Shown here: piece after piece, positions 46,052 through 55,943 of the stretch | How positions within the stretch are numbered: position 1 is the first letter of the stretch | How the letters are laid out: each line of letters begins with the position of its first letter | Source of the DNA: an uncultured Chloroflexia bacterium | GTDB taxonomy: Bacteria > Chloroflexota > Limnocylindria > Limnocylindrales > CSP1-4 | Direction of reading: 5' to 3' | DNA: 64,000 bases | Assembly: GCA_963720715.1 (NCBI GenBank) | Contig: CAVRGM010000001.1 | Span: 419,429-483,428 of the forward strand | The notes under the pieces: model-generated | Told to the model about the DNA's origin: nothing | What the model saw: only the letters and a program-made list of their open reading frames with translations | The model's database searches: none | Position numbers and translations under genes: made by a program

Positions 46052-49000
46052 TCCCGGCTCCGCCGAAGCCGCGGACCGTGCTGATCCTTGGATCGGGTCC
46101 GGTCGTCATCGGCCAGGCCGCTGAATTCGACTACGCGGGGACGCAGGCCTGTCGAGCCCTGCGTGCAGAGGGCGTGCGGACGATCCTGGTCAACTCGAAC
46201 CCGGCCACCATCATGACCGACCCGTCCGTGGCCGATGTCATCTATCTCGAACCGCTGACCGTCGAAGCGGTCGAAGCGGTCATCGCCAGGGAGCAGCCAG
46301 ACGGACTACTGGCCGGACTCGGAGGCCAGACCGCACTCAACCTGACGACCGCGATGGCCGAGGCCGGCGTCTTCGACCGACATCCGATCCGGCTCCTCGG
46401 AACGCCGCTGGAGGCCATCCGGATGGCCGAGGATCGCGAGGCGTTCCGCGACCTGCTCGACCGACTCGGCCAGCCGTACGCCCCGAGCTTCATCGTCGAG
46501 GGCGCGACGCAGGCAGAGCGGGACACCTCGACCGACGAGGCGCTGGCCACCATCGGCTTGCCGGCGATCGTCCGTCCGGCCTTCACCCTGGGCGGCACCG
46601 GCGGCGGCATCGTCGGGACCGAGCCAGCCTACCGAGAACGCATCAGGGCCGGATTGCGGGCCAGCCCGATCGGCCAGGTCATGGTGGAGCAATGCCTGGT
46701 CGGCTGGCAGGAGATCGAATACGAGGTCATGCGCGATGCGGACGATACGTGCATCGCCGTGTGCTCGATGGAGAACGTGGATCCGCTCGGTGTGCACACC
46801 GGTGATTCGATCGTCGTCGCGCCGGTCCAGACCCTGACCGATGCCGTCCACCAGCGGCTCCGCAGCGCCGCCCTGGCGATCATCCGGGCGCTCGGTGTCG
46901 AAGGCGGCTGCAACGTCCAGTTCGCACTGTCACCCGACTCCACCGAGTACGCCGTGATCGAGGTCAACCCCCGGGTCAGCCGCAGTTCCGCCCTGGCGTC
47001 CAAGGCGACCGGCTACCCGATCGCCCGGGTCGCGGCCCAGATCGCGGTCGGGCGCCGACTGGCCGAGATCCCCAATGTCGTGACCGGGACGACCGTGGCC
47101 GCCTTCGAGCCGGCGCTCGACTACGTGGTCGTCAAGCTGCCACGCTTCCCGTTCGACAAGTTTCCGGGAGCGGACCGTTCCCTCGGGAGCCAGATGAAGG
47201 CGACCGGCGAAGTCATGGCCATCGATCGGACCTTTGGTTCGGCCCTGAACAAGGCGCTCCGTGGCCTCGAACAGGCGGGCGTCGGGCCGCTGGCCGAGGA
47301 TCCTGCCTGGGCCCCGACCCTGGGTTATCTGGCCGGCGTCTACGGCGGCCGCTCCGATCCCGGCGACGCGTTCGATGATCCGCTCGGCCCGCTGGACGAC
47401 GCTCCGTTCCGCTGGACCGATGCGGCCGGCGAAACCTGCGAATCGACCCGGCACGCCGAGCGGGCGGCCGCCCCGATCGTCCTTCGACAGTTCCTCGAAC
47501 CATCGGACAGTCGGTTGTGGCGGATCCTGGGCCTGCTCCGTCGGAAGGTGCCCCAGGCCGTCATCGGGACGGTGACCGGGATCGCCCCCTGGTTCCTGGC
47601 CGAGATGGGCCGCAACGTGGGGCTCGAGGCCGACGTTGCGGCGGCCGGTCCCAGCTTGGCCAACCCCGAGGATCCGGAGGCGGCCATCCTCCTGGCGACG
47701 GTCAAGCGGGCCGGTTTCGGCGATCGTGAACTGGCCGATCTGGCGGGGACGACGGCCGACGAGATCCGCGCGGCTCGACTCAGCCTCGGCATCCGACCCG
47801 GGTACGCGATGGTCGACACGTGTGCCGCCGAGTTCGCCGCCGAGACGCCCTACTTCTATTCGACCTACGCGGCATCGGGATCGGCTCCGGAGGCGCCACC
47901 GGTCCGGCGACCGGCGGCCCTCGTCATCGGGTCCGGCCCGGTCCGGATCGGGCAGGGGATCGAGTTCGACTACTGCGCGGTCCAGGCGGCGGATACCTTC
48001 CGTCAGGCCGGCTGGAGCGCGGTCATGATCAATTCCAACCCGGAGACGGTGTCGACAGACTTCGACGCGTCGACCCGGCTGTACTTCGAGCCGCTGGACG
48101 CCGAGAGCGTTCGGAGCGTCATCGATGCCGAGTCACCGGACGACGCGGACCTGCTTCCAGCAGTTGTCGCCTACGGCGGCCAGACACCGCTCAATCTCGC
48201 TGGGCCGTTGGCGGGCGGCGGCGTGCCGCTCCTTGGGTCCGACCTCGAAGCGATCGACCAGGCGGAGGAGCGGACCCGGTTCGCCGCCCTCCTCGACCGC
48301 CTGGGCATCCCGCAACCCGAGGGCGGGATGGCGCACAGCCTCGAAGAGGCATTGACCCTGGCTGATCGGATCGGTTATCCCGTCATCGTTCGGCCTTCGT
48401 TCGTGATCGGCGGCCTGGCCATCGATTTCTGCTACTCGCCGGCCGACCTGACCCGCCAGCTCGCGGCAGCGACCGTCGTGGACCCCGACCGCCCGGTGCG
48501 CATCGACCGTTACCTCGAAGGCGTCGAGGTCGATGTCGATGCCGTGTCAGACGGGGAGCGCGTCCTCATCCCGGGCTTGCTGGAGCACGTCGAGCGGGCC
48601 GGCGTCCACTCGGGTGACTCGGTCGGCATGTTCCCGCCCCAGACGGTGTCCGAGGGTGACCAGGCGCTCATCGTGACGACCATGGAACGCATCGTCCTGG
48701 CGCTCGGCGCCCGGGGTCTCGTGAATGCCCAGTTCATCGTGCGCGATGACGGCGTGTACCTGATCGAGGTCAACCCGCGGGCGTCACGGACCGTCCCGTT
48801 CCTGTCCAAAGTGACCGGCGTGCCGATGGTCGAACTTGCCGTCCGGATCTCGTTGGGCGCCACATTGCCCGAACTGGGCTGGGACGGCGGGCACCTGTCG
48901 CCGCCCGACCTCGTCGCCGTGAAGGCCCCAGCGTTCTCGACGACGAAGCTGCGGGGGGTGGATCCGTCGGTCGGCCCTGGGATGCAATCGACGGGCGAGG

Positions 49001-49533
49001 TCATCGGCATCCACCAGGATCCCAGGGTCGCGCTGGCGAAGGCGCTCCTTGGTGCGGCACTCGTCCCACCCCGACCGGGTGAGGACGGTGCCCTGGCGTT
49101 GCTGTCGATCGCCGACCGGGACAAGGCGACCCTGCCGAGGCTCGCTGCCGCGCTGACCGGGGCCGGATACCGGTTTGCGGCGACACCGGGGACACGAGCG
49201 GCACTTGCGGCGGCTGGCCATGACGCGCGGCCCGTGGCGAAACTGGGCGAGGCGTCGGACGAGTCGATCGATGAGACGGCGATCCTGGACCTGATCGCGT
49301 CCGGCGAGGTTCGACTGGTGATCAATACGCCGACGCCCAGGTCGGGCGCCGTCCGGGATGCCGCCGAGATCAGGCTGGCCGCCACATCAGAGGGGATCCT
49401 GTGCCTGACGGCGATGGAGACCGCGATCGCCGCGGCCGAGGCACTCGATCCGGCGATCGTCGATCGCCTGGCTGAGGTCCGATCCCTCGATCAATGGGTG
49501 CCGGCGGGCAGGTTGGCGACCGCCCCGGTCTGA
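46048..49533 (+). CDS. carB: carbamoyl-phosphate synthase large subunit
   Basis: 1161 aa with two ATP-grasp halves (…ILGSGPVVIGQAAEFDYAGTQA… and …VIGSGPVRIGQGIEFDYCAVQA…) plus an MGS-like C-terminus. ATGA overlap with carA. Confidence 0.95.
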   Translation: MIPAPPKPRTVLILGSGPVVIGQAAEFDYAGTQACRALRAEGVRTILVNSNPATIMTDPSVADVIYLEPLTVEAVEAVIAREQPDGLLAGLGGQTALNLTTAMAEAGVFDRHPIRLLGTPLEAIRMAEDREAFRDLLDRLGQPYAPSFIVEGATQAERDTSTDEALATIGLPAIVRPAFTLGGTGGGIVGTEPAYRERIRAGLRASPIGQVMVEQCLVGWQEIEYEVMRDADDTCIAVCSMENVDPLGVHTGDSIVVAPVQTLTDAVHQRLRSAALAIIRALGVEGGCNVQFALSPDSTEYAVIEVNPRVSRSSALASKATGYPIARVAAQIAVGRRLAEIPNVVTGTTVAAFEPALDYVVVKLPRFPFDKFPGADRSLGSQMKATGEVMAIDRTFGSALNKALRGLEQAGVGPLAEDPAWAPTLGYLAGVYGGRSDPGDAFDDPLGPLDDAPFRWTDAAGETCESTRHAERAAAPIVLRQFLEPSDSRLWRILGLLRRKVPQAVIGTVTGIAPWFLAEMGRNVGLEADVAAAGPSLANPEDPEAAILLATVKRAGFGDRELADLAGTTADEIRAARLSLGIRPGYAMVDTCAAEFAAETPYFYSTYAASGSAPEAPPVRRPAALVIGSGPVRIGQGIEFDYCAVQAADTFRQAGWSAVMINSNPETVSTDFDASTRLYFEPLDAESVRSVIDAESPDDADLLPAVVAYGGQTPLNLAGPLAGGGVPLLGSDLEAIDQAEERTRFAALLDRLGIPQPEGGMAHSLEEALTLADRIGYPVIVRPSFVIGGLAIDFCYSPADLTRQLAAATVVDPDRPVRIDRYLEGVEVDVDAVSDGERVLIPGLLEHVERAGVHSGDSVGMFPPQTVSEGDQALIVTTMERIVLALGARGLVNAQFIVRDDGVYLIEVNPRASRTVPFLSKVTGVPMVELAVRISLGATLPELGWDGGHLSPPDLVAVKAPAFSTTKLRGVDPSVGPGMQSTGEVIGIHQDPRVALAKALLGAALVPPRPGEDGALALLSIADRDKATLPRLAAALTGAGYRFAATPGTRAALAAAGHDARPVAKLGEASDESIDETAILDLIASGEVRLVINTPTPRSGAVRDAAEIRLAATSEGILCLTAMETAIAAAEALDPAIVDRLAEVRSLDQWVPAGRLATAPV

Positions 49534-50930
49534 ACGATGGGTGCCCCGAGTCGACCCGTCTCGGCCGGGACCACGATCGCCTGGCCGAGTGACCATAGGG
49601 TCAGCGTCGTCAGTCCGACCATGACCACTGCCAGGGGCAGCTGGCGCCGACGCAACGCCCCCGAACTGATCCCCGCCGGCGCATCGGCGGCGGCGACCAC
49701 GTGACCGCCCCACGCGCCGAGCATGTGACCGCCCACGACGGCACCCAGTTGGACCGTCCAGACGAGTCCCGACGGGAGCCATGATCCCGATGGCTGGAAG
49801 AAGGCGGTATCGAAGAGGTTCCAACCTTGCTGGAACGGATCCGAGATGGCGATCAGGATGCGTTGCCCGTCGATCAGCAGATAGGTCAGGTAGTGGGCCA
49901 CCAGATAGCCGAGAGCGATCGGCAGGAGGCCGGCGCCGATCGCGCCCAGCCCGACCGTTCGACTGACGGCAAAGGCAAGGGCCACGACGATCCCGAGGAA
50001 GACGGCCAGCTGGAGCGTCTTGCCGACAATTCCCGGGGCGCCGAAGATGTCGAAGAACGTCTGCGTTTGGGACAGCCCGTCGAAGATGATCGAAGAGACG
50101 CCCAGCGCGACGAGGGCGACATCCGCGGCCGACCAACCTCGTTCCAGGAGGCCGCTGCCGAAGGTCCGCCGTGCGACGCGGCCGTCCTCGTCGACGAGCC
50201 GCCAGTGAGCCAGCCGGCCGAGCAGCCGGAACCAGACGGAGAACGTCTCGCCATGCGAACGCCACTCGTCACGCCCGAACTGGGCCATCATCGCCAGGGT
50301 CAGCGCGGTGTAGCCGACGAGGACGACGAAGAGGGTGGACGGTCCAGGCTGGATGACGAGCTCCAGCCAGACGAAGAAGGCAAAGCCGATCGTCGCCGGC
50401 CAGCGCCCCACGCGCTCCGGGTAGTCCGCCACGTCCCAGCCCTGGACGTGGAGGGCGCGGAGGACGGCCGCACCGAGATCATGCAAGGTCGAGAAGGGAT
50501 CCAGGAACTGCCAGACCGGCCCGATCAAGGCACACAGGATGGCCAGTCCGACCCAGCCATAGACCCACAGGAAGAGCGAGGCGACGTCGCCGTCGCTCGA
50601 TCCGCCGGCGATCGCCTGACCGACGATCCAGAGCCAGGCGACCAGGCCGATGATCCTGAGCGGGTAACGGATCAGGGCAGGCGGCAGTCGACCGACGGCG
50701 TCGAGGTTCGGGGGGGCGGCGCGGACGTCGCGGACGATGACGAACGCGAACGACAGGGCGACGGTCATCGCCGCTCCGACCACGTAGACGGCCAGGGGCA
50801 GGCGGCTGACATATGCGGCATTGACCGAGTGGGCGGCGACGGTCGCCGGGAGCGCGACGCCGATGCCGATGGCCAGACCGAACGCGCCGCCGAGTCGGAT
50901 GGCGGCACGACCCAGCCCGGCTCGGATCAC
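49491..50930 (-). CDS. polytopic membrane protein of unknown function, coupled to copC
   Basis: VIRAGLGRAAIRLGGAFGLAIGIGVALPATVAAHS..., then at least 10 hydrophobic segments. The GTG at 50930 overlaps the stop (50929..50927) of the frame carrying the CopC membrane anchor (GTGA). Confidence 0.65.
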   Translation of the reverse strand: MIRAGLGRAAIRLGGAFGLAIGIGVALPATVAAHSVNAAYVSRLPLAVYVVGAAMTVALSFAFVIVRDVRAAPPNLDAVGRLPPALIRYPLRIIGLVAWLWIVGQAIAGGSSDGDVASLFLWVYGWVGLAILCALIGPVWQFLDPFSTLHDLGAAVLRALHVQGWDVADYPERVGRWPATIGFAFFVWLELVIQPGPSTLFVVLVGYTALTLAMMAQFGRDEWRSHGETFSVWFRLLGRLAHWRLVDEDGRVARRTFGSGLLERGWSAADVALVALGVSSIIFDGLSQTQTFFDIFGAPGIVGKTLQLAVFLGIVVALAFAVSRTVGLGAIGAGLLPIALGYLVAHYLTYLLIDGQRILIAISDPFQQGWNLFDTAFFQPSGSWLPSGLVWTVQLGAVVGGHMLGAWGGHVVAAADAPAGISSGALRRRQLPLAVVMVGLTTLTLWSLGQAIVVPAETGRLGAPIVQTGAVANLPAGTH

Positions 50931-51563
50931 GTCGGGTCGGTCGGGCGGTTGCGCCGGGTCAGCAGGAACGCCGCGCCGACACCAAGGACCACGAGAACGA
51001 TGATGATCGGCAGGATGGCGTCGGAACTGCTGCCGCTCGGGGTCCCGTCGGCGGAAGGCGATGGGGCCGGTGTCGCCGGCGTGGGCGTCGTGCTGCTCGG
51101 CCGGCCCATCGCTCGAGATCGGCGAGGGTGCCGGCGTGGCCGTCGGGCTCGGTGCGGCGGTCGGCGAGGGACTCGCGGCCAGCGCCACGCTGAAGAACCA
51201 CATCGCTCGTTCGAGATCGCCGTCGGTCGCCCAGGCCGCCGACTGGACCCGGTAGTCGCCGTCGCCGAGCGGCGTGTCGGGGATGGCAACCATCCGGGTG
51301 TCGTCATCGGGGTCGACCCCACCCGTTGCGACGACGTTCCCGTTGGCGTCCTCGACGACGAGGGTGCTCCGGTCCGGATCCATCGCCGCGCCGTACGTCC
51401 CGACGACCTCCGTGACCGGTTCGGTCACCGTCGAGCCATCGGCCGGGGTCGTGGTCTCGAGTTCTGCGTGCCCGAGGGCGAGCCCCGGCACGAGGAGAGT
51501 CGCCAGCGATGCCACGAGCAGGCCTGCTGTCAGCCGGTGGATGGAGTTGCCTGAAGCCTTCAT
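50927..51563 (-). CDS. copC: CopC-domain copper-binding protein with C-terminal membrane anchor; apparent frame disruption near 51040-51100
   Basis: MKASGNSIHRLTAGLLVASLATLLVPGLALGHAELETTTPADGSTV... (signal peptide + CopC fold) in one frame. Linker and anchor ...TPTPATPAPSPSADGTPSGSSSDAILPIIIVLVVLGVGAAFLLTRRNRPTDPT-stop in another. As sequenced, the first frame stays open to 49491 (691-codon apparent fusion). Confidence 0.65.
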
Positions 51564-51687
51564 GGACCGGAGTCTACAAACCTTCGGCAGGTCCTGCCCC
51601 GGATGCCGACCCGACGCGGTACGATCGTCGTCAACGTCCCATCGCGCGGCGATCTGCCGCCCAGCCCACAGCCGCGAGGTCTCCCGC

Positions 51688-53019
51688 GTGTCCACCACTG
51701 TCCCCGAGGTCGTCTTCAGCGACCAGCGCCTCGACAACGGCTTGCGGGTCATCGTCGCCGAGGACCACCTGGCACCGGTCGTGGCGGTCAACCTGTGGTA
51801 CGACGTCGGCTCCAAACACGAGGTCGCTGGCAAGACGGGCTTCGCCCACCTGTTCGAGCACGTCATGTTCCAGGGGTCTCGCCACGTCGCGAAAGCCGAA
51901 CACATCGCGCTCGTCCAGGCGGCCGGCGGGACCATGAACGGCTCGACCTGGCTGGACCGCACGAACTATTTCGAGACCCTGCCTGCCCACCAGCTGGACC
52001 TCGCCCTGTGGTTGGAGGCCGACCGGATGGCCACCCTGCTCGACGCGCTGAGCCAGGAGAACCTCGATAACCAGCGTGAGGTGGTCAAGAACGAGAAGCG
52101 CTGGTCATACGACAACCGACCCTACGGGACCTTCCAGGAGAAGCTCCAGGGTCATCTGTTCCCGGTGGACCACCCGTATCATCACTCGACGATCGGATCG
52201 ATGGACGACCTCGACGCCGCCTCGCTTGAGGATGTCAGCGACTTCTTCCGGACGTATTACGCGCCCAACAACGCCGTGCTGTCCATCGTCGGGGCGGTCG
52301 ATACTTCGACCGCCACGGCGTCGGCCCGACGCTACTTCGGGGCGATCCCACCGAACCGTGACATCCCCGGGCTACCCGACCTGTCCCTGCCGCTGACGCT
52401 CGGTGGCGAGATCCGGGAAACGGTCTTCGACAAGGTCCCGCTGCCGCGGGTCCACGTCGGGTTCCGGGCACCGGTCTTCGGCGACCCGCGCCTCGAGGCG
52501 CTCGATCTCGCGGGCCAGATCCTCTCGGGCGGCAAGGGCAGCCGGCTCAATCGTCGTCTTGTCCGAGAGGAACGGATCGCCCAGGACGTCGCGGTCTTCA
52601 CGATGGGGTTCATCGGCGGCGCCTCCGTCACCGCCGGCTGGGCGACAGTCCGCCCGGATATCCCCGTGGCACGCGTCGAGGCGGCCATGCTCGAGGAGCT
52701 CGAGCGACTCACGACGGAACTGGTCACCGACGATGAGCTGGCCCGCGCCAAGGCACTGACGGAGGCCGACGAGCTCGGCGCGCTGCAGCGGGTCGAGGAG
52801 CGTGCCGATCGACTGTCGATGTACGCCACGCTGTTCGATGAGCCCGACTTCATCAATCGCATGTTGCCGCGCTACCTCGCGGTCACACCCGAGGACATCC
52901 GGGCCGCCGCCGTCGCGGTGTTCCGGGCCGACAACCGCATGGTCCTGACATACCTGCCGGAAGGCGAGGGGCCCGCAGCGGCAGCGGCCCTCGCGGATGG
53001 CGGCGAGGCGGCCGCATGA
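51688..53019 (+). CDS. M16-family zinc peptidase (active subunit, HxxEH)
   Basis: ...GLRVIVAEDHLAPVVAVNLWYDVGSKHE..GKTGFAHLFEHVMFQGS...NGSTWLDRTNYF. Confidence 0.9.
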   Translation: MSTTVPEVVFSDQRLDNGLRVIVAEDHLAPVVAVNLWYDVGSKHEVAGKTGFAHLFEHVMFQGSRHVAKAEHIALVQAAGGTMNGSTWLDRTNYFETLPAHQLDLALWLEADRMATLLDALSQENLDNQREVVKNEKRWSYDNRPYGTFQEKLQGHLFPVDHPYHHSTIGSMDDLDAASLEDVSDFFRTYYAPNNAVLSIVGAVDTSTATASARRYFGAIPPNRDIPGLPDLSLPLTLGGEIRETVFDKVPLPRVHVGFRAPVFGDPRLEALDLAGQILSGGKGSRLNRRLVREERIAQDVAVFTMGFIGGASVTAGWATVRPDIPVARVEAAMLEELERLTTELVTDDELARAKALTEADELGALQRVEERADRLSMYATLFDEPDFINRMLPRYLAVTPEDIRAAAVAVFRADNRMVLTYLPEGEGPAAAAALADGGEAAA

Positions 53020-54548
53020 CCGGCCCCGGGCCCGACGCGGTGGTCGTCGCAGAGCGCCCGGCCCCCGGCACCCCGACCGCGTACGCGTTCCCGGCCGTGT
53101 CGAGCCACAGGCTTGCGAACGGGCTGGCCATCCAGATCATCGACCTCCCAGGCCGTCCACTCGTCTCCGCGTCCCTGGTCGTGACCGGCGGTGCGGCCGA
53201 GGAACCGGCCGATCAGGCGGGGGCGACCGTCCTCGCTGCCCGGGCCCTGACCGAGGGCACCGACCGGTATGACGCCGTGGCCCTGGTCGAAGCGGGCGAA
53301 CGGCTTGGCGCCTCGCTCCACGCTGATGCCGGCTGGGATGCGCTGTCGGTCGGTGTGGACGTCCCGGCCGAGCGCCTTGGGCCGGCCCTGGAGCTCCTCG
53401 CGGAGGTTCTCCTCCGGCCGACCTTTCCGACCTCGGAGGTCGAGCGTCTCCGGGACGAACGCATGAACGACTTGCTCCAGGCACGGGCCGATCCACGCCG
53501 GCGCGCAGAGGAAGCATTCATCGGGACGATCTACGCCCCGGGCTCGCCCTATCACCGCCCGGCCGGGGGGACCCGCGAGACGGTCGAGGAGCTGACGGCC
53601 GAGAACCTGCGCGGCGTATTCGAGCAGCTCCGCAGACCGGATCGGGCAAGCCTGGTCATCGGTGGCGACCTCGGTGGGCTCGACGCCGTCGCGCTCGCGG
53701 ATGACTTGTTCGGTGCCTGGTCAACGGAGGCAGCGGACGCTCAGGCGCTCGGCGCGGTCGATGATGCCGGCACGTCGCTGGGACGGCTGGTGCGGGTCAT
53801 CCATCGCCCCGGTTCGGTCCAGACCGAGATCCGGATCGGCCATCGTGGCCTGCCCAGGTCGATCGGCGATTTCCACGCTGTCTCGGTCATGAGTGCGATC
53901 CTCGGCGGCCTGTTCAATTCGCGGCTCAACATGAAGCTGCGTGAGGAGAAGGGGTACACCTACGGCGCGGGGGCCGGATTCGACTTCCGTCGCGGGGCGG
54001 GGCCGTTTGCCGCGCGTGCCGCGGTGAACACCGAGGTCACCGTTCCGGCCATCATCGACACGCTGGCCGAGCTCCAGCGGATGCACGACAGTCCGGTCGA
54101 CCGATCCGAGCTGGTTGCTGCGCGCGACTTCCTGGTCGGCGTCTTCCCGCTCCGCTTCGAGACGGCGGGAGCTGTCGTCGGAGCGCTCGGCGGCCTGGCC
54201 GTCCATGGACTCGACGCGAGGGAACTGATCGGCTACCGGGCTGGGATCGAGGCGGTCGACGTCGACGCCGTGGCTGGCGTGGCGCGAACCCATCTGCACG
54301 TCGCGGATTCGTCGATCGTTTTGGTCGGTGACGTGGACGCGTTCGGAGCAGACTTGGAAGCGGCCGGTCTCGGTCCGATCGTGATCGAACGCGACGACGC
54401 TCCCATCGATGCTGGTCGCGACGAATCTCCGCTGAGTGGCCCGGTCGACGCGGAAGGTGACGAGGGTCCGACGGCCGGTGCGGAGGATCTGGCCGCCGAC
54501 GGGGGCGATGGGCCGCCCGGGAGCGATGCCGCCCCGGCGCCCGGGTGA
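53016..54548 (+). CDS. M16-family peptidase-like protein (no HxxEH; probable non-catalytic partner)
   Basis: ATGA overlap with the upstream gene. ...NGLAIQIIDLPGRPLVSASLVV...TEGTDRYDAVALVEAGERLGASLHA...NMKLREEKGYTYGAGAGF. Confidence 0.85.
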   Translation: MTGPGPDAVVVAERPAPGTPTAYAFPAVSSHRLANGLAIQIIDLPGRPLVSASLVVTGGAAEEPADQAGATVLAARALTEGTDRYDAVALVEAGERLGASLHADAGWDALSVGVDVPAERLGPALELLAEVLLRPTFPTSEVERLRDERMNDLLQARADPRRRAEEAFIGTIYAPGSPYHRPAGGTRETVEELTAENLRGVFEQLRRPDRASLVIGGDLGGLDAVALADDLFGAWSTEAADAQALGAVDDAGTSLGRLVRVIHRPGSVQTEIRIGHRGLPRSIGDFHAVSVMSAILGGLFNSRLNMKLREEKGYTYGAGAGFDFRRGAGPFAARAAVNTEVTVPAIIDTLAELQRMHDSPVDRSELVAARDFLVGVFPLRFETAGAVVGALGGLAVHGLDARELIGYRAGIEAVDVDAVAGVARTHLHVADSSIVLVGDVDAFGADLEAAGLGPIVIERDDAPIDAGRDESPLSGPVDAEGDEGPTAGAEDLAADGGDGPPGSDAAPAPG

Positions 54549-55207
54549 TCGTGGTCGTCGGCCGGCCCGCCGGTCGCGTCAATGACGGGGTGATCACGGC
54601 CGCCGGAGCCGTTTCGAGGGTGGCCCTGGCCGCCGCGGCCGCGGGTCGCTCAGTCCAGCTCGTCGGGAAGATCGGCGATGGCCCGGCCGCGGATGCCATC
54701 GTGCTCGACCTGGCCCGCCACGGCGTCGATCATGCGGCGCTGCTTCGCGATCCGACCTGGACGACATCGATCGAACAGGATCCCGAACTGGAAGGCGGAC
54801 TGATCCTGGACGATGCGCCGGCTGTTGACCGGCCCGTTGGGTCCGCGTCCGATGTTCCGGCATCGCGCCTGGACCCGGCCGACGTCGAACTTGGACTGCG
54901 CTACCTCACCGACTTCCGGGTCGTCGTGGTCGCCGAGGCATCCCCGATCGGGGTGATCGTGGTCGCCGCTGAGGCCGCCCGCTGGAACGCCAGCCGTTTG
55001 ATCCTCGTGACCGATCCCCAGGGCGAGATCCCGGCCGATCTGCCCGACGATGCGATCGTCCTCGAGGCGCCGGGCAGCGACCCGGACGGTGTCTTCGCCG
55101 ATCTCGTCGGGACCCTCGCGGCCGGACTCGACGGTTCCGCTGAGCCCGGCGAGGCCTTTCGGGCGTCCATCGCGGTGGACGGCTGGACGGGTGGCGCGGC
55201 CGACTGA
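54545..55207 (+). CDS. hypothetical protein, degenerate PfkB/ribokinase-like
   Basis: GTGA overlap. MIVVVGRP...SVQLVGKIGDGPAADAIVLDLARHGVD... but the usual DTxGAGD motif is degenerate (DPDGVFADLVG). Confidence 0.5.
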   Translation: MIVVVGRPAGRVNDGVITAAGAVSRVALAAAAAGRSVQLVGKIGDGPAADAIVLDLARHGVDHAALLRDPTWTTSIEQDPELEGGLILDDAPAVDRPVGSASDVPASRLDPADVELGLRYLTDFRVVVVAEASPIGVIVVAAEAARWNASRLILVTDPQGEIPADLPDDAIVLEAPGSDPDGVFADLVGTLAAGLDGSAEPGEAFRASIAVDGWTGGAAD

Positions 55208-55218
55208 AGGGCCCGCGT

Positions 55219-55917
55219 TCAGGACTCGATGGACAGCGGTCGAACTGGTTCCTGAGCGAGGATCAGCCCCGGGCCGTCGCGACGGACATCACTGACCGCA
55301 CGGCTGACCGGGTAGACGTCCAGGTCAACGGTCTCATTCGGCAGGAGCAGGCCGAGCAACTCGGCGGGATCGGCTGGGGCAGGGTCGAGCCAGCGGTCCC
55401 AGGCGTCCTCATCGATGACGACCGGCATCCGGTCATGGAGGTCGTCGAGGGTCCGGTTCGGCGTGGTGGTGATGATCGTGAAGGTCCGACGGACTTCGTC
55501 GATGGTCCGGTCGCGCCAGCCGGCCCACAGACCGGCCAGGGCGAGCGGCCGACCATCCGTTCGGACGACCCGGTAGGGCTGGCGGATGCCGCCTTCCCGC
55601 TTCCATTCGTAGAACGAATCGACCGGGACGAGGCAGCGTTTCCTGACGAATGCGTCCCGAAAGGCCGGACTCGTCGCGATCGTCTCGGCCCTGGCGTTGA
55701 ACATCCGTGAGCCGACCTTCGCGTCGCTGGCCCAGTGCGGGATGAGGCCCCAGCGATAGGCCGTCAGCGCGCGGCGGTCATCGCGTTCCACGACGACCGT
55801 CGCCTGGTCGGTCGGGGCCACGTTGTAGTGCCCGCCCGGGTCATCGACGAGCGGCTCAGCCCCGAAGATCTCGGCGAGCTCCGAGGCCGGTCGCTCCTGG
55901 GTGAATCTCCCGCACAC
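55219..55917 (-). CDS. SOS-response-associated peptidase (SRAP/YedK family)
   Basis: MCGRFTQ (catalytic Cys2)...YNVAPT...WGLIPHW...FNARAETI...RCLVPVDSFYEW... Confidence 0.9.
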   Translation of the reverse strand: MCGRFTQERPASELAEIFGAEPLVDDPGGHYNVAPTDQATVVVERDDRRALTAYRWGLIPHWASDAKVGSRMFNARAETIATSPAFRDAFVRKRCLVPVDSFYEWKREGGIRQPYRVVRTDGRPLALAGLWAGWRDRTIDEVRRTFTIITTTPNRTLDDLHDRMPVVIDEDAWDRWLDPAPADPAELLGLLLPNETVDLDVYPVSRAVSDVRRDGPGLILAQEPVRPLSIES

Positions 55918-55923
55918 ACGGTC

Positions 55924-55929
55924 AGTCTA
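55924..55929 (-). promoter_or_regulatory. -10-like hexamer TAGACT, 6 nt before GTG 55917
   Basis: Overlaps back-to-back with TAGTAT (55928..55933, plus strand) upstream of the rhomboid gene. Confidence 0.4.
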
Positions 55930-55943
55930 GTATCGTCCGGGCG

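Noticed and set aside
49827-51554. 575-aa plus-strand ORF.
   Set aside because: It is antisense to the copC-linked membrane protein gene and has charged low-complexity composition.
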